A stretch of DNA of 64,000 bases from Octopus bimaculoides (taxonomy: Eukaryota), in contig NC_068986.1 in assembly GCF_001194135.2 (NCBI RefSeq), positions 37,130,582 through 37,194,581 on the forward strand, written 5' to 3'. A program made the translations under genes and the position numbers. Positions 51,575-63,686 of the stretch are shown piece after piece. The notes beneath the pieces are model-generated. The model saw only the letters and a program-made list of their open reading frames with translations. It did no database searches and was not told the DNA's origin. Positions within the stretch are counted from its first letter, which is position 1. The number at the start of each line of letters is the position of its first letter.

Positions 51575-54571
51575 AAACATTACAGTAAATATCATTGTGA
51601 CTCTTGTAAAGAAAAGATGATGAGAGAAAGGGAAGAACCAGAGAAAGATGCGGTAAAGAGAAAAAGAAATCAGAATAATTAAATCAGTCACGGGCCAAGT
51701 GCAGCCCGCAGAATTTTCCAAAAGTTACCTCGGTATTTTTTAGGAGTGCGACCCGAACCTGAATTAAACATTAACTATAAAATTAAGAAAAAAGAGAGGC
51801 TTTAAATACACTGAAGAAAAAAAAAAACTAGAGAAACTCAACTATACAACGAGTAATAAAAAAAATGTGAAGAGAGCAACCAGTTTAAACATACATAGAT
51901 ACACACACACACATAATATATGCACACACCAAACGTATACAGAGATAGAAAAGACCTGGTAGTAGCTATAAATACCATCAAAAAGAACTTCAAGTAGTCT
52001 CTAGCTTTTGTTTTTAGGTGTTTATTATGTCTTGTTGTGTTACTAACAAAATGTACCTTAAGGTAACAAACACAAGGAAAACTACAAAGGTTTCTTTTTG
52101 TTCGTTATTTTATTTTTGCCTGAAAGGGAGAATGATGAGAAGGTGGAGTGGGGAGGAGCCTAGACGAAGGGAAGGAAGAGGAGGAGAGTGAAGGTCAGAT
52201 GTGTGTGTGTTTATTGTTTAACTTATCTTTGTATGGTTCTTCGGATTTGTTTTTACTTTTTAAGATTTTTTTTTTAATAGCAGGGATGGGTTCCTTTTTT
52301 TTTTTGTTTTTCAGTAGCTTTCTTTGTGTTTGTTAATCTGCCACCCAGGTGAAAATTGGCAGTCATCAACTGCATAGTGTATTTTGCAAGTTTAAACCAC
52401 ATCAACGACGACGATGATGATGATGATGATGGTTAAGAACAATAAGATAAAGACAAAAATACATAATACAATTCAACTTGATATCGCAATAACGGTTTCT
52501 TAAGCTGCTACAAGATCAATTAGTAAATGAGAAGGAAGAGATTTCGCATCCACCAACAATAAATATATATTACTGAGAGTTTACTGTGCACAAAAAAAAA
52601 GAACTATGTCTTCGTTCGTTAGACCTGCTAGAGATAATCACCATGCCTCCCTCAAATCACTCCATGTCATCTTTAAAAGAAAGCCAACAGATCGAATGGA
52701 TTATATGTGTAAATCAATGGTCTAGTTTTATCACACAGATTCATCCTGCTAGAGGATCTATGTTAGGGTGGCGTTCCAGTTGTGATCATCTGGATTAATT
52801 TTTTCAGAGACTAGGATAATGTAGTTCTTACGGAGAAATGTGTCCTTCCTTAAACACTGTAGGGTGTGATTTGGCTGATATTTCTAAAAACTTAACTTAC
52901 TGGCTTGGTTGGAGCAATTAGTTTTTACAAACGAATGTCCTTCCAACAACTGACCAATCGTAGAACTCAACAATTTGAATGAGTAATTTTTTTTCTCTTC
53001 TTTTCATTCAGACAAGCAGGCGTAGCGTCCGTAAAGCTATGTGCCTTGCTCAAGGACACATTTCAGTAAATACTAAGAGCCGTTCTCATGGCCATCTTAA
53101 TAGACAAACATCTAATTAATGAGGATGTGTAGTGTAGGTGTGTGAACGCTCCTATGTGTATGTATTACAGTACTTGTAATAGCGTGTGTATGTGTGGTGA
53201 GTGCAAGCATGTATACATGTAGAGGTAAATGTGTGTGTATTTACATGCAACTGTGTGTGTGTGACCAACTGAATAGAGCTGGTGTAGTAGCGTTACTAAA
53301 ATGTGCAAGTCATGCACAGTCTCCGTATAGTCTGACCAGAAAAGAGCAAAGAAGACAAACAGGAGACAAAGAACAAAGGTTTTAGAGAAAGTAATGCACA
53401 CACGGGTAGCACAGAGAGGGCAGAGATCAATCAGGTCAGCTGACTTAACATATCTGACCTATTAAGGACTTCAATAATTATCAATGTTTTCATAGTGTTT
53501 TTTGTTTCCAAGTGTGAGTATTACTGACTGATTTTGAAATTCCTGTATGACATTTCTGAGTTTCTTAAACCCTGCTCACTAAGTTCTTGTAGTGATCAAT
53601 ACAAAACGCCAAATACTGGCGTCAGGATAGGCAATGCCGGTTAGTGTTGTGTCTGATATGCTTATTGTGAGCTGAGTTTTGCAGACCATATTTTCTTTAC
53701 TTTCTCAAGCTATTCATTTCATGAAAAGGACATTAGATATAATGTAGACATACATTTACAATGTCTAAATAAATGATGAAATCAACATGAAAGGAATGCT
53801 TTTGATCATGGGTTTGGTCCCTGACCTATGGCCCGAGCCAGAGCAAAACAATAACAACAGCTACAGCAACAGATGTAAAAAGAAAATTTATTGTCTTATT
53901 TATCAGGTTTGTGTTTCACATGTCACTTATCTTTAACCAAATGTATGTGCATATTTGTATACATACGCATGTACATACGTACGTGTATGAGCACACTAAA
54001 CTTCTGCACTTCTGTATATTGTGCCTGTATATGTAGTGGTTTTGAATCTCAATGTATGAGTGCATGTGACTGTGCACATGCGCTCACATATTGTTGCACA
54101 CAGACACACACAGAACAATGAATTTGCATGAACGAACTTAGAGTACTCAATGCAAGTGTAGAGTAATATATATATTGGCATAGTCAGTGTTTACATATAT
54201 AAATACACACACACACAAACCACACAAGCACACACATATATGGAACTAAATACACACATACATTATAAGTTCCACCCACTCTAATACAGGTTCAAACATG
54301 TACTTGCATGTTACATGTATACATTTAGCTAATGATTCGGTCATTTTGCAATCAGCAATGTATCCCAAAATCATTTAAATGGAAAATGGAAATCACAAAA
54401 GTAAACTATTCACAAAACCAAAAGAGAGAAACAAACAAAGCAAAAACAAAACCAGGCGTCCCATTAAGACAACCAACCAGCAATTCTATAATTCCAATTG
54501 ATAAGCTATGTTTCCAATCTTTTAACTTAACAAGACAGTTTTTTTTTTCACTCCTTTTCTTTCCAATAAAG

Positions 54572-54693
54572 TGGGGGGAGATGACATTAACGCTGAGTCA
54601 GGAAGAAAAAATTCAGCACTACGAATCCCAAATACAATTTACTCAAGAAAACAAAATACAAGCTGAAGCTGAACTTACAAATTGCATAGACCT
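54572..54693 (+). CDS. Candidate coding exon or retroelement ORF relic (E/Q/K-rich, helical)
   Basis: ccttttctttccaataaag|...WGEMTLTLSQEEKIQHYESQIQFTQENKIQAEAELTNCID|gtaaga; no family recognised. Confidence 0.15.
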
Positions 54694-55357
54694 GTAAGAA
54701 AATNNNNNNNNNNNNNNNNNNNNNNNNNNNNNNNNNNNNNNNNNNNNNNNNNNNNNNNNNNNNNNNNNNNNNNNNNNNNNNNNNNNNNNNNNNNNNNNNN
54801 NNNNNNNNNNNNNNNNNNNNNNNNNNNNNNNNNNNNNNNNNNNNNNNNNNNNNNNNNNNNNNNNNNNNNNNNNNNNNNNNNNNNNNNNNNNNNNNNNNNN
54901 NNNNNNNNNNNNNNNNNNNNNNNNNNNNNNNNNNNNNNNNNNNNNNNNNNNNNNNNNNNNNNNNNNNNNNNNNNNNNNNNNNNNNNNNNNNNNNNNNNNN
55001 NNNNNNNNNNNNNNNNNNNNNNNNNNNNNNNNNNNNNNNNNNNNNNNNNNNNNNNNNNNNNNNNNNNNNNNNNNNNNNNNNNNNNNNNNNNNNNNNNNNN
55101 NNNNNNNNNNNNNNNNNNNNNNNNNNNNNNNNNNNNNNNNNNNNNNNNNNNNNNNNNNNNNNNNNNNNNNNNNNNNNNNNNNNNNNNNNNNNNNNNNNNN
55201 NNNNNNNNNNNNNNNNNNNNNNNNNNNNNNNNNNNNNNNNNNNNNNNNNNNNNNNNNNNNNNNNNNNNNNNNNNNNNNNNNNNNNNNNNNNNNNNNNNNN
55301 NNNNNNNNNNNNNNNNNNNNNNNNNNNNNNNNNNNNNNNNNNNNNNNNNNNNNNNNN

Positions 55358-55411
<54 letters not shown>

Positions 55412-55840
55412 AGCATTTTATCTAGTTTCAGCTCATGAGCTGTGGCCATGCTGGGGCACCAGAATTGTTTTCAAATTTTATCAAGATGAAAGAGAGTATA
55501 GTTTATAGTGAATATATCTAAATCAGTCTCTTATTATTCTTTTTCTTTCTTTCACTCTCTTTGTCATGCATTAGAAAGTAGACCCAACGACAACATTGTA
55601 CTCAGGTCAAACCTACTTCAAGAAGCTGAGGGACATTTAATAACCGAAACAAAAATTTTGTTTTAGCAACATCAGCAAGTTCACAAACACAAGATGGAGT
55701 GCAATTCCTTAGGTTCAATGTTCAACTTCTGTAGCACATAGCTACCTCAAAGCTTAGTAAGTCAAACCATAATGGGGAAAATGCATCTATGCTGAGTAGA
55801 TAGATCAATCTTTTATTGTTCCCTATCTACCTATCAGACT

Positions 55841-56229
55841 TGTGGAGGCGCAATGGCCCAGTGGTTAGGGCAGTGGACTCGCGGTCATAGGATCGCGGTT
55901 TCGATTCTCAGACCAGGCGTTGTGAGTGTTTATTGAGCAAAAACACCTAAAAGCCCCACGAGGCTCCGGCAGGGGATGGTGGCGAACCCTGCTGTACTCT
56001 TCCACCACAACTTTCTCTCACTCTTACTTCCTGTTTCTGTTGTGCCTGTAATTCAAAGGGTCAGCCTTGTCACACTGTATCACGCTGAATATCCCCAAGA
56101 ACTACATTAAGGGTACAAGTGTCTGTGGAGTGCTCAGCCACTTGCACGTTAATTGCATGAGCAAGCTGTTCCGTTGATCGGATCAACTGGAACCCTCGTC
56201 GTCGTAAGCGACGGAGGCCAACAGCAACA
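55841..56229 (+). mobile_element. SINE family F, full length, 12-bp TSD
   Basis: tRNA head ggcgcaatggcccagtggttaggg..ggtttcgattc; (AAC)-type tail; acctatcagact at both 55829-55840 and 56230-56241. Confidence 0.95.
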
Positions 56230-56329
56230 ACCTATCAGACTGTCTTAGACCAACAAACATAGTTATCTCCTATATTCTGGTGGACATTGCCCTATCAACC
56301 ATTATGAGATTGCATCAACCCGTGTTTCA

Positions 56330-56490
56330 CTGTACTTAATTTATCGACCCCTAAAAGATGAAAGGCAAAGTTGACCTCAGCAGAACTTGAACTCAGAATG
56401 TAAAGGCAGACAAAATACCACTAAGCATTACGCCCGGTGTGCTAACAATTCTGCCAGCTAGCTACCTGAATAGTGATAATAATAATAATA

Positions 56491-56526
<36 letters not shown>

Positions 56527-56730
56527 TCAATAATAATAAAGATAATTTCACTTCTTAGCATAAGGCCAGCAGTTTAGGGAAAAGGGTAAGTCAATTGTAT
56601 CGACCCCATGTTCAACTGGTACTTATTTTATTAACCCTGAATTTTATCAACAGAATTTGAACTAAAGACGGATGAAATTCTACTAAGACTTTTGCTCAGC
56701 ATGTTAACAATTCTGCCTGCTTGCCACCTT
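56330..56730 (-). mobile_element. Two tandem SINE family A copies separated by (AAT)n
   Basis: Units at about 56330-56465 and 56555-56730; (AAT)n at 56470-56545 and 56731-56762. Confidence 0.82.
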
Positions 56731-57180
56731 AATAATAATAATAATAATAGTAACAATAATAATGTAAATTTTTTTCAAAAAGTTGGACACATTACACAAT
56801 TTCATCCATGCATTCATTCAAACTACATGGTGAGTGTATACATACCAAGTCTCAAAAGCCTTTAAAGGGGTACAGCTGAACTAAAACTTTCATGGTGTTA
56901 AATAGGAGTGAGGAATTTTTCTCCGGATAAGATTACCAAAGAAAAAAAATGCATCAAAATGCCTGAAGTCAATTTGAATTTAGTCTATTGGCAGATAGTC
57001 CTATCCATTCAAACAGATCTCTACATTAACACACACATATACACACACTTTCATGTATATACATACATAAATATTGGTAAATTTATGATGCTATACGCAC
57101 ACTTATATTCAATGTTCAGTCTGCATCAGATCCTGACCACATACATGCACATACACAGGAACACATATGGAGACACACTC

Positions 57181-57224
<44 letters not shown>

Positions 57225-58286
57225 CATAAACATATATAGAAACAAGTACACACAACAAACATACACATTTCTATATACATATGGATATATTTTTAATACA
57301 TATGTAAAATCGTAGTCATATGAAAGTTATAATAATATTAAAATACTTTGGTGTATATTCATAGAAATATTTGGAATGAAAGATTATAATTGTAACACCC
57401 AAACCACTACCACCGCCCAGTGATCTCCAGAGATTAATAATGATAATGGCAATAATACAAATATAGATACCCACATACTTACACATATGTATGTATAAAC
57501 ATGCTTAAATATAAACATATAAGGTATGTATAAATTCCAAAAGACTATTAATGTGGTATCATTCAAAATATCCACTCACAATCTTAGATATAAATGCATA
57601 CATATATATGCATATATATATATATANNNNNNNNNNNNNNNNNNNNNNNNNNNNNNNNNNNNNNNNNNNNNNNNNNNNNNNNNNNNNNNNNNNNNNNNNN
57701 NNNNNNNNNNNNNNNNNNNNNNNNNNNNNNNNNNNNNNNNNNNNNNNNNNNNNNNNNNNNNNNNNNNNNNNNNNNNNNNNNNNNNNNNNNNNNNNNNNNN
57801 NNNNNNNNNNNNNNNNNNNNNNNNNNNNNNNNNNNNNNNNNNNNNNNNNNNNNNNNNNNNNNNNNNNNNNNNNNNNNNNNNNNNNNNNNNNNNNNNNNNN
57901 NNNNNNNNNNNNNNNNNNNNNNNNNNNNNNNNNNNNNNNNNNNNNNNNNNNNNNNNNNNNNNNNNNNNNNNNNNNNNNNNNNNNNNNNNNNNNNNNNNNN
58001 NNNNNNNNNNNNNNNNNNNNNNNNNNNNNNNNNNNNNNNNNNNNNNNNNNNNNNNNNNNNNNNNNNNNNNNNNNNNNNNNNNNNNNNNNNNNNNNNNNNN
58101 NNNNNNNNNNNNNNNNNNNNNNNNNNNNNNNNNNNNNNNNNNNNNNNNNNNNNNNNNNNNNNNNNNNNNNNNNNNNNNNNNNNNNNNNNNNNNNNNNNNN
58201 NNNNNNNNNNNNNNNNNNNNNNNNNNNNNNNNNNNNNNNNNNNNNNNNNNNNNNNNNNNNNNNNNNNNNNNNNNNTATATATATAA

Positions 58287-58319
<33 letters not shown>

Positions 58320-58327
<8 letters not shown>

Positions 58328-58570
58328 TCATCATTACCGTTTTAACATCCAACATTCCCATGCTTGCATGGGTTACATGGAACCTGTCAACGCAGATTTT
58401 CTATGGTTAGCTGCCCCTCCTAGCACCAACCCTCACTGTTGCCGACTCTCATTTGTTTTCATGCAAGGTAATATTGCTCCATGACCAAGTATGTTTCCTT
58501 GGGAGAGATTGGAAACAAAGAACACCAGTTGCATGACAGTGACACTTGTTTACAACTACGTGATTACAAG
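58320..58570 (-). mobile_element. Old SINE family E-like copy
   Basis: catcatcattaccgttttaacatcc..cccatgcttgcatggg..gattttctatggttagctgcccctcctagcaccaacc. Confidence 0.55.
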
Positions 58571-58763
58571 GCAAGGACTCAGTAATACACACATACACAC
58601 ACAACACACACAAATATATATAGAGAGATTCTGGTATCATCATTAAATATAAACATTTACATGCTCACATCCATAAATGCAGTTCTTGGGCCTTAACTCT
58701 ATTCTATGAAGAGGTAACTCAACAGATTTACTTCTAACTTCTAATTTCTCTTGTTAACAATGT

Positions 58764-58955
58764 TTAGCAGCATTTCATCTGGCTTTACATTCTGAGTTTA
58801 AATACCACTAGGTTGACTTAGCCTCTCATCTTTTTCATTTCGATGAAATAAAAACCAGTTGAACACCGAGTTCAATATAACTGACTAGTCTCCTCCCACC
58901 AAATTTCAGGCCTTGTGCTTATAACAGAAAGGATCATTATCATTATTATTATTAC

Positions 58956-59005
<50 letters not shown>

Positions 59006-59231
59006 TATTATTATTGATCTATAAAGCAGTGAGCTGGCAGACTAGACAAAATGCTTAGTTGCAGTTTGTCTGTAATAATTATGTCCTGAGATCAAATTCT
59101 GCATAGGTTGACTTTGCCTTTCATCCTTTTGAGGTCAATAAAATAAGTACCAGTTAAGTACTGGGGTCAATGCAATCAACTTCTCCCTCACTCCAAAAAC
59201 AGCAGGCCCTGTGCCAAAATTTGAAACCATT
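58764..59231 (+). mobile_element. Two tandem SINE family A copies separated by (ATT)n
   Basis: Units at 58764-58935 and 59023-59231; the second has aaagcagtgagctggcaga..gactttgcctttcatccttttgaggtcaataaaataagtaccag..ggccctgtgccaaaatttgaaacc. Confidence 0.85.
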
Positions 59232-60233
59232 ATTATCATTAATTAATCTTCAGAATAGTCTAGCTCCAATCCAAGTTGTCCATGAAGTAACTGGCAGCAT
59301 TGACTTCTTGGATTTATGATTGTCCAATATAGCACCACCACCTGAACCTTTGAGTGCCTTTAACAGAATCCAGCCTCTTAGAAGCATTCAGGCCTGGTCT
59401 CTTGTCTGGAAATAAGTCCCTCCTTCTTCCCACCAGTCTCAAAGACACTGAAGAGGTTCATGGGCACAGTTTTTACTTCTCTGAATAAGTCATTAAAAAA
59501 GAAAGAAAACAAACAAACTTGTATTCTGTCTTTCCTGCCAAATCTCACACCAGCCATTAATTGCAGCCTTTCATTCCAAGGATCAATGGCCTACTGAACT
59601 CCATTTCTTCCTATGTGTTTTCAGAGTATCTAGGTTATCTAAACAAATCTTACCATTCCTTTCACTTCCCTGAAATGATAGTACATAGTACTGACTCCCT
59701 TGGGTTATAGACAATAATACTCCAACTTCTCACACACAACAATGAAATGTAAGTAAATCTTTTGACTGCTGCATTTATAAAGAGATAACTACATTTAACA
59801 TGTGGAAACAGGAAGAAAAATAGTACTCCATACATTATGTGGAGTATATACATGTTACTTTTTCAGCTGAAAACAATCTAGTAGTTACTCAGGTGCTTGA
59901 GTTTCTTGAACTGAGCAAGGAAGTAATAAGCAGAAAATTCTACTAGAGTTTAAATAGCAATTTCCTGCTGGAGCTCTAAAAATGTTCTAAACATACATAT
60001 TCATACATATATAGCAAGAGAGAGGGTGGGAAGGGGAGGAGTAAAGGGGAGAGGAGCGAGCGAGAGAGGAGGGAGAGAGAGAGAGAGAAACTTCCAAAAC
60101 AAGAAGTGTCATTAATGCTAACAATTTTTCTTCTTTTTTGAGGGAGTAATTTCAATTGTTTAAAATTCTTTTTGATTCACTACACTATGTATGTTGGCCT
60201 GCACTGAGCCATAATATATAAATATATAAATTA

Positions 60234-60473
60234 GTGGCTTAGTGGTTAGGGTGTCAGCACCATGATCGTAAGATTGTGGTTTCGATTCCTGGACCGGGCG
60301 ATGCGTTATGTTCTTGAGCAAAACACTTCATTTCACATTGCTCCAGTCCACTCAGCTGGCAAAAATGAGTAACGCTGTGATGAACTGGCATCCTGTCCAG
60401 CTGGGGAACACATACGCCATTGAAACCGGGAAACCGAGCCCATGAGCCTGGCTAGGCTTTAAAAAGGGCGCAT

Positions 60474-60479
<6 letters not shown>
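60234..60479 (+). mobile_element. SINE family C, young copy
   Basis: gtggcttagtggttagggtg..ggtttcgattcctggaccgggcg..ttcttgagcaaaacac..gtgatgaactggcatcctgtccagctgggg..ggctaggctttaaaaagggcgca. Confidence 0.92.
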
Positions 60480-60504
<25 letters not shown>

Positions 60505-60631
60505 CATACACACACAGAGATATATACATGCATAGACACAGACATGCCTGTTTAACACATGTAATACATACAATCATGAAGAAAAACATGCACAAAACAA
60601 TCTCCAACATACATGCACAAATATAAGTGCA

Positions 60632-60667
<36 letters not shown>

Positions 60668-60889
60668 TAGGTAAATGAGAAAGAACAAATGACAACAGCA
60701 AACAATAAGCATTATTCATTGTCCATATTGTTTTTAAGTTGGGCTTTACATACTACTTGCTTATATTTGTTGCATGCAGTTTGTACATACACTGCAATAT
60801 GTGTGTAATCAAACAAGTATTTCGTGTAGACAGTGTACTTGTCTACTCCTTTATTTTCCATTATTCTATGTTTTTTGGGGGTTTTTTTA

Positions 60890-61080
60890 TCTTTTACTTG
60901 TTTCAGTCACTTGGGCTGAGGCACTGCTTTGAAGGGTTTTAATCTAACAAATCAACCCCAGGACTTGTTTCTTAAAGTCTGGTCAATCAATTCAGTCGGT
61001 CAATTACTTTGCCAAACTGTGAAGTTGCATAGACATAAAACAACACTGGTACTTAAGTGGTGGAGAGAACAGAGCGCAAA
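60890..61080 (-). mobile_element. SINE family B 3' module
   Basis: cttttacttgtttcagtca..gcactgctttgaaggg..aaatcaaccccaggactt..ctttgccaaactgtgaagtt..aaacaacactgg. Confidence 0.72.
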
Positions 61081-61099
61081 TACAAACACACACACACGC

Positions 61100-61136
<37 letters not shown>

Positions 61137-61735
61137 TACACACACACAAGCAAACATGCATATATATGATGGCTGCAAAATTATATTTTTATACCTTTAT
61201 GTATGAATACATAACACTTAATCTAACATGCATGCTAGCATGAAACATGAACATTAAATGATGATGATGTTGTGCATACAATGCACATTTATTGTACATA
61301 TTACATTGTTACATGAGCAGTTCCTGTAGATAATGTAATTGTTCACTACTCCATTTATATGATTTCAATCCTTTCTTCCCGCCATGGCATTCACTACAAC
61401 ACTTTTCACCTTTCTCTAGTCTACTTTTACCTTTACAATTCTATCCACTCCTTGTTTCTAGATTTTTTTCTATTTCCTTCCTCGTTCTATTTCTTTAGTA
61501 ATAAGCATTAACCCAATACTGCCCACCACCTGCCTCTATCTTAAACAATTTCTGTATACTATCTGTAGTATTTTGGTTCTACTTTTGTCCGTCACTTCCT
61601 TTATTCTCTTACTTGCTTGTCTCAGACTTATCCAGCCTCACCACTTCCCTCCAGTTTCATCTAACCTTGTACTTGTTTCAAATTTTGGCCACTCTGTCCT
61701 CATACTTCATTTCCTCCCTCATCATCTAGCCTCCC

Positions 61736-62000
61736 TGTGAAGGTGCATGGCTTAGTGGTTAGGTTGTTAGGCTCATGATCTTAAGACTGTGCTTTTGATT
61801 CCAGGACTGGGTGACACATTGTGTTCTTGAGCAAAACACTTCATTTCACATTGCTCCAGTCCACTCAGCTGACAAAAATGAGTAACCCTGTGATGGACCA
61901 GCATCCCGTCCAAGTAGGGAATTTATATGCCATGGAAACTGAGAGACTAGCCCTTATGAGTCAGCATGACTTGAGAAGGTAACTTAACTTTTTTACTTTA
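61736..62000 (+). mobile_element. SINE family C variant with an alternative 3' tail
   Basis: Head and core as in C (ggtgcatggcttagtggttagg..ttcttgagcaaaacac..ccctgtgatggaccagcatcccgtcc) but tail cccttatgagtcagcatgacttgagaaggtaactt. Confidence 0.85.
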
Positions 62001-62147
62001 CATCTAATTTCCCACACTACTCATACTACCTCCAAAACTTGTCCCATTGACTTCACCCACACAACTCCCACTGACTTGCCCCAGTCTCTCTCCACCTCTA
62101 TCCCTCCATATTTATTTGTTCACTCTTATTTCTTATTTACAAGGTAT

Positions 62148-62184
<37 letters not shown>

Positions 62185-62734
62185 AGAAGTGCAAGAATCT
62201 GAAACAGATTATTAAATCAAGTCATTCATATATATTTTTATTCTTCAAACTTTTATGTATCATTATTACTTTAATATATGGTATTGTCTAACTCTCTCAG
62301 GAGGTATAGTACCACAATGATAATATAAAATATAACATTCAAATTGTAATTGATCCTCAGAGAGTTTGCTACCAGCTTAATTGAAATATGCATGAATTCT
62401 ATATCATAATTTTAACAAATTTTGGCACATCTGAAAAAGTTTGAAAAATAAAAACCGGCATATATGTTCGTGTGTGTGAATACAAGTATTATACACATAC
62501 ACACACACACACACATACGATAATCCACAATCCACTGTTGATCTTTTTTTAATATGATTTTAATGTTTGTATAGGTATAAGATTTTAATATATTTATTAA
62601 ATTTATATTAACGCTATTAGGGGTTAAGGTTTATAGTAAATTGTCCATATCGGTGAGAGTTAATTCTCACTGAAAACGTTTACTGAATGTTGGACATTCA
62701 TAAAGGTCACCAGATCAGTTGGTTCTGGACATTA

Positions 62735-62981
62735 CTTCTTGTGTCCCAAGATTCATAGGGCCAGTTACCATGTTTCTATGGCATATGAATGACTGAAATC
62801 ACATTTGCCCCCTAAACAGGCTAGTCCATTGCAGGGTTACTCATTTACAGCTGACTGGACTGGGGCAATGTAAAATGAAGTGTTTTGCTCATAAACACAA
62901 TGCATCGTCCAACCCAGGAATCAAAACCATAGTCTTAAAATCATAAGTGCAGCACCATACTCACTTGGCCATGCACCTTCA
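62735..62981 (-). mobile_element. SINE family C variant
   Basis: gtccattgcagggttactcattt..cagctgactggactgggg..aaatgaagtgttttgctcataaacacaatgcatcgtcc..ggccatgcaccttc. Confidence 0.8.
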
Positions 62982-63230
62982 ATTAGGTAGTTCTAGATGG
63001 TTACTGAATTATGAGAAGCAGAGAAGCTACTGCTGGCAGGGATTGAAAACTTGAGTTAAAATTTTTTGAAAATAATCAAAATTATTGTAAGATTTAGTAA
63101 AATAACTTTTCCTTGATTATGCTAGTGTGAGTCATAATAAAAGGTAAAGTTGAAATCAGCACAAATTTGAACACAGAATGTATTCATTATTTACATTAGA
63201 CGGATATTTGTCCTCATCTTGTTTATTGTT

Positions 63231-63270
63231 AACACAGCGTTTTGGCTGATATACCCTCCAGCCTTCATCT
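63231..63270 (-). ncRNA. Decayed minimal type I hammerhead ribozyme (mirror arm)
   Basis: Minus strand ..a GATGA a ggctg-gagggtatat-cagcc AAAAC gct gtgtt; a 7-nt deletion removes the stem I 5' strand and CU. Confidence 0.55.
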
Positions 63271-63316
63271 TGGGGAAATTTCGAACTTGGGTTCTCATTC
63301 CTAAGGTATTTTTTGA

Positions 63317-63349
<33 letters not shown>

Positions 63350-63551
63350 CATTATTATCATTATTATTACTATTATTATTCAGGTCACTGCCTGGAATCG
63401 AAATCGGAATCTTGGAATTAGTAGCCCATGCTATATGCCAATGGGCTTATATATATGGCGTACTGATTAAGAGCGCAGGCTACTAACCCCAAGATTCCAA
63501 GTTCAATTCCATGCAGTGACCTGACTAATAATAATAATTATAATAATAATG

Positions 63552-63594
<43 letters not shown>

Positions 63595-63643
63595 CATCAT
63601 AAAATACCTTAGGAATGAGAACTCAAGTTCGAAATTTCCCCAA

Positions 63644-63686
63644 GGCACCTGATGAAGGCTGGAGGGTATATCAGCTGAGACGTGTT
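63644..63686 (+). ncRNA. Decayed minimal type I hammerhead ribozyme (PLE type)
   Basis: ggcac CTGATGA a ggctg-gagggtatat-cagct GAGAC gtgtt. CUGAUGA is intact, stem II pairs and stem I ggcac/gtgtt pairs; GAAA is mutated and the cleavage triplet is deleted. Confidence 0.65.

Larger units (their letters stand above)
45050..53100. promoter_or_regulatory. CpG-retaining domain (putative unmethylated promoter/intergenic region)
   Basis: CG dinucleotides are visibly common in unique DNA and in old SINE copies here, and scarce on both sides (qualitative impression, not computed). Confidence 0.45.

Noticed and set aside
51690-51760. gggccaagtgcagcccgcag, reminiscent of hAT subterminal motifs
   Set aside because: A single short motif with no terminal inverted repeats or TSD found.
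53012-53065. 54-nt + strand exon candidate TSRRSVRKAMCLAQGHIS
   Set aside because: It contains the SINE core gtgccttgctcaaggacac, so it is repeat-derived.
55843-55916. tRNA gene call for SINE heads (also 27290-27358, 29095-29164, 36231-36300, 63457-63523)
   Set aside because: A/B boxes are present, but there is no complete acceptor stem or T-tract terminator, and each continues into a repeat body.
1111-58410. All long ORFs containing X runs (e.g. 3683-4747, 29755-30883, 54643-55449, 57526-58410)
   Set aside because: They are open only because N-gaps and flanking (TA)n/(TG)n contain no stop codons.
59280-59700. GC-richer unique block that might be a decayed LINE ORF
   Set aside because: Short interrupted frames with no recognisable RT or endonuclease motif.
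11134-61243. YIYI, CVCV and HTHT ORFs
   Set aside because: Translations of dinucleotide microsatellites.
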